Shown: piece after piece, positions 9,481 through 16,127 of the stretch
Numbering within the stretch: the stretch's first letter is position 1
How the letters are laid out: every line of letters begins with the position of its first letter
Origin: Candidatus Poribacteria bacterium
GTDB lineage: Bacteria; Poribacteria; WGA-4E; PCPOR2b
DNA length: 64,000 nucleotides
Reading direction: 5' to 3'
Assembly: GCA_965220385.1 (NCBI GenBank)
Contig: OZ244825.1
Span: 212,769 to 276,768 of the forward strand
Program-made: the position numbers and the translations under genes
The notes under the pieces: generated by a model
Databases searched by the model: none
What the model was told of the DNA's origin: nothing
Seen by the model: the letters and a program-made list of their open reading frames with translations, nothing else

Positions 9481-10635
9481 ATGGCACAGATAGAACGCAG
9501 TAGACTTGGACATTACGTGGCACTCGCTGTAATTGCGGTGGCAGTGCTGGTCTATCTCACCCCGATCTACTGGATTGTCGCAACATCCCTAAAATCGCCC
9601 AGTGATATTATTGCGCAGGTCCCCCAATTCCTGTTTCGGGTCACCCTTGAGCATTACCAGAAACTGATGCCCGATGCAGTGCCCGGGCTCACATACGTCT
9701 TCATTGCAGAAGCGTTGATCGGTATACTCGCCTGTTTCTTACCCGTCCGAAACATGGGGATTGCCCGTCGTTTTGCATTTCTGTGGAACGGCTTGCTGAT
9801 TTTAACCTGTCTTTACGCGCTTGCGACAACGATCAACTACAATTTCCTGATGCTGTCGATTTATACGATCGTCGTCTTCCTGCTGATTTCTCCCCACAGA
9901 TCAACCGAAGCGAGACGGGTTCGCCTGTCCCTCGTCGGTGCTAGTGTATTAGCAATCGTTGCCATCTGCACACTGTTCGCGCACGGAGGATCGAAATATT
10001 TCCACCAACTGCTGAATAGCATCATCATTGGGTTTGGCAGCACCCTGCTCGCCGTTGGGTTTGGGACACTGTCTGCCTATGCGTTCTCACGCTTCAAGGT
10101 CGCAGGCAAGGAGGATCTCCTCTTCTTCATCCTCAGCACACGGATGCTTCCTCCCGTCGTCGTTGTCATCCCAATCTACCTAATGTACAGCGCACTCGGA
10201 CTGCGTGACACCCACCTCGGACTCATCCTGCTCTACACCACTTTCAACGTCTCCTTCGCAGTTTGGCTGATGAAAGGCTTCATCGACGAAATCCCGAAAG
10301 AGTACGAAGACGCCGCCCTTGTTGATGGGTATACCCGCTTTCAAACCTTCGTCAAAGTTGTACTCCCCCAATCTGTGACAGGGATCGCTGCAACAGCCGT
10401 TTTCTGTCTAATCACCGCGTGGAACGAGTTTGCCTTTGCCCTTGTGTTGACCGAAGTTGGCGGCAGGGCGGTAACCGCGCCACCCTCAATTACCAGTGCG
10501 ATCGGATCTAGCGGCATTGATTGGGGCAAGATTGCGGCTGCAACCTTCGTCTTCCTCTTGCCTGTCGCGATTTTTACTTTCCTGATGCGAGGGCACCTCT
10601 TGCGTGGCGTTACATTTGGTGCAGTGAAAAAGTAG
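9481..10635 (+). CDS. Sugar ABC transporter permease with extra hydrophobic insertion
   Basis: EAA loop EDAALVDG.TRFQ.F; about 105 extra hydrophobic residues after TLEHY. Confidence 0.9.
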   Translation: MAQIERSRLGHYVALAVIAVAVLVYLTPIYWIVATSLKSPSDIIAQVPQFLFRVTLEHYQKLMPDAVPGLTYVFIAEALIGILACFLPVRNMGIARRFAFLWNGLLILTCLYALATTINYNFLMLSIYTIVVFLLISPHRSTEARRVRLSLVGASVLAIVAICTLFAHGGSKYFHQLLNSIIIGFGSTLLAVGFGTLSAYAFSRFKVAGKEDLLFFILSTRMLPPVVVVIPIYLMYSALGLRDTHLGLILLYTTFNVSFAVWLMKGFIDEIPKEYEDAALVDGYTRFQTFVKVVLPQSVTGIAATAVFCLITAWNEFAFALVLTEVGGRAVTAPPSITSAIGSSGIDWGKIAAATFVFLLPVAIFTFLMRGHLLRGVTFGAVKK

Positions 10636-10758
10636 AAATGCATTGGCGGACTTGCTGGAGGACGTGTTGACATTTATCGAATTTTGCTGACAAGCCCCCT
10701 TACTTTTAAGGAGGGGAGGTGGTCCGCCAAAATACGTTAATAGGTGAGATAAATAGGG

Positions 10759-10787
10759 TTGATTTTGAAGGTTGAGTCTGGTATAAT
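10759..10787 (+). promoter_or_regulatory. Sigma70-type promoter
   Basis: TTGATT-17-TATAAT with TGn extension; no ORF of 60 aa or more downstream on + before 11693. Confidence 0.6.
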
Positions 10788-10794
10788 CGCTTTA

Positions 10795-11050
10795 AGAAAT
10801 GGATGCACCGCTGAAAATGATTAGCAGGGGTAAAGTCCGCAGTCGTTTTCCCACCCTTCGATGGGAGTATGTTGTGGTGTTTTCCATCTTACCAAAGTTG
10901 CCCTTCGGGGCAGTGGATAGGGCGTTGTCCACTGGAGGAGACACCGTAAGATCCCGATAAATCGGGACAAGTGTCGTTGATACCACAATTCGACCTCCTA
11001 TTGACAATGGGTGAGTATCCCCAACCCTTTAGGATGTGGGAGTACGTCAA
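10795..11050 (+). mobile_element. Non-autonomous IS200/IS605-like element, TnpB omega-RNA-like right end
   Basis: Ends with hairpin TCCCCAACCCTTTAGGATGTGGGA then GTACGTCAA; upstream nested stems GGAGG/CCTCC and GACAC/GTGTC. Left boundary uncertain. Confidence 0.5.
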
Positions 11051-11073
11051 AACATAATATGGTGGCTCATGTA

Positions 11074-11156
11074 AAAACGGAGTGCAATTACGATTAAGGA
11101 ATACAGTGGAGAGCGGGGCAAGATGCCCCGCCTACGGGTTCTATTGCACACTTTCT
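11074..11156. mobile_element. 83-bp TA-flanked MITE-like element with intact GTAG-REP (11113-11135)
   Basis: TA at 11072 and 11157; partial TIR ...GTGCAAT / ATTGCAC...; REP GTAGGCGGGGCATCTTGCCCCGC on minus strand. Confidence 0.55.
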
Positions 11157-11374
11157 TAGCATGAGCCAAATAAGAAAAATAGGCTGCTCTGGGCTTTTTT
11201 AGCGAAAAAGGTAACACGAAAAAGGGAAAAGTTACACAGGTTACGGCATACGGAATTCCGCTGAATTCCCGATAAATTGTCCGATAAATCGAGGCCAGGG
11301 GGACAGGCGGTATTTCGATACGCTCAACTACAGGTTGTCTAGCAACTTGCGTTAATTATTAGACTGATATGTCA

Positions 11375-11671
11375 ATTTTAATCAATTGAGCCAGCCTTGA
11401 TGCGGTCTCCGGTGTGTCATTGGCGGAGAATTAGGCACTTGGTTATATGTGACGCATCAGTGTTAATTGGACATCGGTCTACCTGTTAGGCAATCGGGGT
11501 TTGTGGTCGTTCCATTGCGTTGGATTGTTGAACGCACCTTTTTTCGGTTCGGTTAGTTTCGCCGATTGACTATGGATTATGAACGTTCTGCTGAGACGGC
11601 TGAGGCAATGGTGTACATTGCTTCCATTTACTTGATGCGAAATCGTATCAAATGACTTTTCAAACAGGCTC
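11375..11671 (+). pseudogene. IS5-family transposase 3' remnant with right end
   Basis: One frame reads [41 protein letters not shown] with internal stops; terminal TTTTCAAACAGGCTC followed by TTA. Confidence 0.8.
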
Positions 11672-11692
11672 TTAAGATAAGGAGTATTAACA

Positions 11693-12670
11693 ATGTTAAA
11701 GTTTCAGATGGCTCTGATTGCCCTCTTGATCGGTTGCGTTGCCCTCATCTCCTGCGACCAGCTAGTAGTAGAAACATTAATACCAGCGCCACCAGAGGAT
11801 GATATGCCGGACGACATGATGGTTGGCTTGCCAATGTACATCGCAATGTACACTTCGTGGACGACGAATGTTACCTATCCCGAACCTGTAGGTACCGGTA
11901 ACGTGCACGGCGAAGGGGCTCGTACTGTTTACATCAACGACGTCGGAGCTATGGCGTTGGAAGATGAAAACCTGACCGCTTACCCCGCTGGGACTATAAT
12001 TGTCAAAGAAATCATGGACGACGCGAACACGTTTGTTCAGAAAGTCGCGACAATGAAGAAGACGGACGATTCGCGCCATAACGGGTGGACATACAAGAAA
12101 TATGCTCGCACCGATGAAAACACTGACTATATGCAGGTCGGAGGAGATGGACTCCCAGACGCAGCCGAAGGGTGTCATGCCTGCCACGCTGCAGCCCCCG
12201 TGGACAGTGTCTTCGTCGATTTCTCTATGGACGGCGAAATGCCAACTGACGGCGAAATGCCAACTGATGACACAATGGCAGCAGCGTACACCTCATGGCT
12301 GAGTGCTACACTTCCCACCGCTATCGGTTCCGGTGCTGCACACGGTCAGAACGCTCGCACCATCTATATCAACGATATCGGAGTGATGGCATTGCAGGCT
12401 GGGGAGACCACTTTCCCTGTCGGGACTATAGTGTACAAGGATATCATGGATGCCACGAACACCTCTGTTGTGTTAGTCGAGAGGATGGAAAAAACAGACG
12501 ATCCGATGTATGCTACAGAGAACGGATGGCTATACAACGAGGGTAACAGTCAAGCTGGGTGTCATGGCTGCCACGCGACCGCCGGTGTGGACCCCATCCC
12601 GGGCACAGACGCTGTCTTCACTGTCCCGGCCCTGATGGCTAGCCTCGCTGCCGCTGGCGCGGGTCAATAG
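11693..12670 (+). CDS. Lipoprotein with two tandem cytochrome P460/c'-beta family heme domains
   Basis: Lipobox LISC; two homologous domains, each with H...YIN, P.GT...K(E/D), M.K, GW, CxxCH (CHACH, CHGCH), D.VF. Confidence 0.8.
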   Translation: MLKFQMALIALLIGCVALISCDQLVVETLIPAPPEDDMPDDMMVGLPMYIAMYTSWTTNVTYPEPVGTGNVHGEGARTVYINDVGAMALEDENLTAYPAGTIIVKEIMDDANTFVQKVATMKKTDDSRHNGWTYKKYARTDENTDYMQVGGDGLPDAAEGCHACHAAAPVDSVFVDFSMDGEMPTDGEMPTDDTMAAAYTSWLSATLPTAIGSGAAHGQNARTIYINDIGVMALQAGETTFPVGTIVYKDIMDATNTSVVLVERMEKTDDPMYATENGWLYNEGNSQAGCHGCHATAGVDPIPGTDAVFTVPALMASLAAAGAGQ

Positions 12671-12823
12671 GACCAACGCGTAGCCTGAAAAACTGAAAAA
12701 TTTCTAGGGATACATGCATTGATCGGTGGTACCTAGCATCTCCTGATACCTCCTAAGAGTGCCGATCACAACGTTTTCGCAATTTGAGACAGCGAAGTAT
12801 CGTTTTGCTGCTTAAAAAAATTG

Positions 12824-12852
12824 TTGAAAATTAATGCGAAGTGTGATATATT
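12824..12852 (+). promoter_or_regulatory. Sigma70-type promoter upstream of the MDDG lipoprotein
   Basis: TTGAAA-17-TATATT with TGn. Confidence 0.5.
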
Positions 12853-13023
12853 CTTAGAGAAGTTATGTAGAATATGAATTTGGCAGGTGCCTATCTTTTG
12901 CCGGTTGCGCTTTTCACTGCAACTATCTACCAATAGATGCGTACCTTGTCATTACCTTGCGACGCAGCTTGCAGGTTTCCAACGTTTGCTGCGAAACACA
13001 TTTTAAAATAAGGAGTATTAACA

Positions 13024-13428
13024 ATGTTAAAATTTCAGATGGCTCTGATGTTCCTTCTAATCGGTTGTGTCGCGGTCATGGGTTGTAGCGACTCCGCCAT
13101 GGTGGATATGATGGGCGGTATGATGGACGACGACGACGACGATATGGACGGCATGGATGACGGCATGGATGACGGCATGGACGGCATGGATGACGGCATG
13201 GACGGCATGGATGACGGCATGGACGGCATGGATGACGGCATGGACGGCATGGATGACGGCATGGACGACGGCATGGACGACGGCATGGACGACGGCATGG
13301 ACGGCATGGACGACGGCATGGACGACGGCATGGACGACGGCATGGACGACGGCATGGACGACGGCATGGACGACGGCATGGACGACGGCATGGACGACGG
13401 CATGGACGGCATGGACGACAGTCAGTAA
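13024..13428 (+). CDS. Met/Asp/Gly tandem-repeat lipoprotein (hypothetical)
   Basis: SD AAGGAG, lipobox VMGC, leader nearly identical to that of the 11693 gene; remainder is MDDG/MDG repeats. Confidence 0.75.
   Translation: MLKFQMALMFLLIGCVAVMGCSDSAMVDMMGGMMDDDDDDMDGMDDGMDDGMDGMDDGMDGMDDGMDGMDDGMDGMDDGMDDGMDDGMDDGMDGMDDGMDDGMDDGMDDGMDDGMDDGMDDGMDDGMDGMDDSQ
13144..13419 (+). repeat. Coding tandem repeat of 9- and 12-bp units
   Basis: 7x ATGGACGGC, 6x ATGGATGACGGC, 11x ATGGACGACGGC, 1 partial unit. Confidence 0.95.
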
Positions 13429-13455
13429 TTTCAACCTTGACCTTAAGGGTTGAAA
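13429..13455. terminator. Hairpin after the MDDG gene, possible terminator
   Basis: TTTCAACC / GGTTGAAA stem. Confidence 0.45.
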
Positions 13456-13496
13456 AGCCATACACCAGTTAATGCCTAACAGTATACTTGGCTTAA

Positions 13497-13623
13497 TAAG
13501 CAAGAAGCTGGTAGGTAAAACACCGGTTGTTTTGGCTTGCCTTGTCGGTAGAAGAATTTCATATGCTATAACGAGGGGTTTGAACTGTGAAATCCCTCGC
13601 TTTAGCGTGTGAAAGCATGTCAA
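13497..13623 (+). mobile_element. Short non-autonomous IS200/IS605-like element (PATE-like)
   Basis: Left hairpin after AAGAAG; right end GAAATCCCTCGCTTTAGCGTGTGAAAGCATGTCAA. Confidence 0.5.
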
Positions 13624-13628
13624 TACCT

Positions 13629-14744
13629 ATGCCAACCGTGAAACTTGAAAATCTCACCAAGCGTTTCGATGACATCATCGCGCTTGACGGGATCAACCTT
13701 GATATCTACGATCAAGAATTCTTCGTCCTGCTCGGTCAGACCGGAGCAGGCAAAACAACCACCCTCCGTTGTATCGCCGGATTAGACCTACCTGAAAACG
13801 GCGCAATCTACCTCGATAATCAACAGATTAACCACCTCACACCCGCCGAACGGGATGTCGCTTTTGTATTTCAGGCGCATATCCTATATCCCCACCTAAC
13901 TGTCTACGAAAATATGGCATTCCCGCTACACCCGCGTGGCTTATCAGAGAACGAAATCCGTCTGCGTGTCACGGAAATTGCGTCAATGCTGCACATCGAT
14001 CACCTCCTACAGCGCAAACCGAACCAACTCAGCGGCGGCGAAACACAACGGGTTGGACTCGGCAGGGCAATGGTGCGGCGCCCCCAAATCTTCCTGATGG
14101 ACGAGCCAATCTCGAATCTGGATGCCAAACTCCGCACGGAGATGCGGGCAGAGATTAAGTGGCGGCAGCGCCAACTGGAAACCACTACTCTATACGTGAC
14201 CCATGACCAGATCGAGGCGATGTCGATGGCGGATCGTGTCGCTGTACTGGACGAAGGACGGGTTCAACAGGTCGGCACACCGATGGAGATATACGACCGC
14301 CCAGCGAATCTGTTCGTCGCCAGTTTCATCGGCAATCCAAGCATGAACCTGATTCCCTGTCAACTTGCGACTGCTGGAGAGGTGGTCTATCTGGATCTAA
14401 TTGGAGGGCATCGGATGCCGGTCAAGGACAAAAGAATTGCCCAGACCTTAATCGCGTCCGGAGGCAATCGAAATCTGATCCTCGGTGTGCATCCGGAGGA
14501 TGTGCTCATCAGCACTGACCGTTCCCCAGAAAATATCCCCGTAGAAGTCTATAGCTTTGAACCCCTTGGTGCGGAAACGATTGTGGATCTAACGCTAGGC
14601 AAAGACGAGGCGGGCGACGATATTATCTTAAAATCCAGAGTTGGGATGGCGTTTGAAGTGGGTATCGGGGCGACGTTGTGGATGACCTGTGTACCTGAAC
14701 GGATTCATATCTTCGACAAAGATACAGGTGAGGCGATTTGCTAG
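13629..14744 (+). CDS. Sugar ABC transporter ATP-binding protein (MalK-like)
   Basis: GQTGAGKT, LSGGE, FLMDEP, YVTHDQ, C-terminal TOBE region. Confidence 0.95.
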   Translation: MPTVKLENLTKRFDDIIALDGINLDIYDQEFFVLLGQTGAGKTTTLRCIAGLDLPENGAIYLDNQQINHLTPAERDVAFVFQAHILYPHLTVYENMAFPLHPRGLSENEIRLRVTEIASMLHIDHLLQRKPNQLSGGETQRVGLGRAMVRRPQIFLMDEPISNLDAKLRTEMRAEIKWRQRQLETTTLYVTHDQIEAMSMADRVAVLDEGRVQQVGTPMEIYDRPANLFVASFIGNPSMNLIPCQLATAGEVVYLDLIGGHRMPVKDKRIAQTLIASGGNRNLILGVHPEDVLISTDRSPENIPVEVYSFEPLGAETIVDLTLGKDEAGDDIILKSRVGMAFEVGIGATLWMTCVPERIHIFDKDTGEAIC

Positions 14745-14936
14745 GTTCTGTTGACACTTGGCTGTCGAGATACGGGATAAAATAATACGTAATGCGTTAT
14801 GCGTAAGAAAAAACGGGACGCAGATCTGCGTCCCCTACGAATTGCCCTCGTTGATGAAGGTTTGAGGTCGAGCAAGTCCGAGAATATCCCGTGATCGGGG
14901 CTGCCCGACCTACGGGATATCAGATATCAATACGCC

Positions 14937-15986
14937 CTAATTAATTGGCACAATTTCGCCGGTTCTGACTGATTCCGCTTCTTTATAGCAGAGCAGCAAT
15001 GCGTCCCTCGCGCCAACTCCTGATAGGGCGGTTGGTTCGCTCCCGCTATTGATGGCATCAACCGCATGCTGAATCTCACCCGTAAACGCATCAACGGGAT
15101 CTACCTCCCCCAAATCTACCTCGTGAACTTGCCTATCGTCAGTCAGCAGCGTCAACGGAGTTGAGGTGACAGGTTCGCCGCCAAGCGTTGCGAAATCATA
15201 CAACAGCGTCGCCTTTTCCAGATAAAGTTCGAAACCGTGCGAAAATGCCCGTCCCTGCTGAGATACCGCTCCCGATGAGCAACTAATGGAGAGATCCTTG
15301 TTGTTATAGATATACTGCGTCGTGAGGTATTCGACAAAATTACCGGCGGCGAGTTTGCCTTGTGAGAACACGGCATCAGGGACACCACAGAGCAGTTGAA
15401 TAAAATGCGTATCGTGGATATGCAGGTCAATCCCCGGTCCTCCACTCTTCTCTATATCGGAGAAATCGCGCGTCCATGTCGGTTGAGAGATTACCCGCTT
15501 AAAATGGCCACCGAGTAGCTCCCCGTATTCTCCGCTTTCAACCACCCCCTTCGCGTAAGCGAATTCTGCGAAAAACGGTAGGACATGTGCCACCATGAAC
15601 TGTAGCCCACTTTCCACGCCAACCTGCACCACCTCATTTGCCGCGTCAAGCCGAATCTCAATCGGTTTCTCGACCAGAACATGCTTCCCCGCTTTGAGCG
15701 CAGCAATGCTGACCGATTGGTGCATAAACGTCGGAAGACAGATGTTCACCATGTCAATATCAGGGTCTGCGAGGAGATCCTCAATCTGGTTATACTTCCG
15801 AAGGTGTGAGAGATCTTCGTTCCCGCCACGGGGACCAAAGTTTCCCTGAATGCCCGTCCAATCGCCGTCCAACTTTTTCTGATCCCGTGTACAGATAGCG
15901 ACAACTTCGCCACCTGAGACCTTCTTCGCCCCGTAATAATGAATCATTCCCATGAAACCAATGCCAACAATTCCAATCCGTACCAT
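14937..15986 (-). CDS. Gfo/Idh/MocA family oxidoreductase
   Basis: IGIVGIGFMG, HVLVEKP, DLHIHD. Confidence 0.9.
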   Translation of the reverse strand: MVRIGIVGIGFMGMIHYYGAKKVSGGEVVAICTRDQKKLDGDWTGIQGNFGPRGGNEDLSHLRKYNQIEDLLADPDIDMVNICLPTFMHQSVSIAALKAGKHVLVEKPIEIRLDAANEVVQVGVESGLQFMVAHVLPFFAEFAYAKGVVESGEYGELLGGHFKRVISQPTWTRDFSDIEKSGGPGIDLHIHDTHFIQLLCGVPDAVFSQGKLAAGNFVEYLTTQYIYNNKDLSISCSSGAVSQQGRAFSHGFELYLEKATLLYDFATLGGEPVTSTPLTLLTDDRQVHEVDLGEVDPVDAFTGEIQHAVDAINSGSEPTALSGVGARDALLLCYKEAESVRTGEIVPIN

Positions 15987-16070
15987 TACGTTCCTCCATA
16001 TTTTGTGGTGAAAAATACCCCTACTCGCTTTTGAGGCAAACATATTGTTCCTATCGGTTTGATTAACATC

Positions 16071-16099
16071 TTGACAAGACTATCATAATATGATAGTCT
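16071..16099 (+). promoter_or_regulatory. MTase promoter with embedded perfect 23-bp palindrome (candidate operator)
   Basis: TTGACA at 16071, TGn-TAGTCT at 16094; AGACTATCATA-A-TATGATAGTCT at 16077-16099. Confidence 0.75.
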
Positions 16100-16127
16100 A
16101 TACAAAATTATATTAGGAGATAAAACC

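Noticed and set aside
12870-13007. Riboswitch in the long leader of the MDDG gene
   Set aside because: Only a weak CGCAGC/GCTGCG stem; no recognisable family.
13144-13419. Possible CRISPR array
   Set aside because: Contiguous 9/12-bp units with no unique spacers and no cas genes.
13035-13623. Alternative-frame and antisense repeat ORFs (PSSM, VVHA, CRRP, TAWM)
   Set aside because: By-products of a stop-free tandem repeat; only the 13024 frame has an SD, signal peptide and lipobox.
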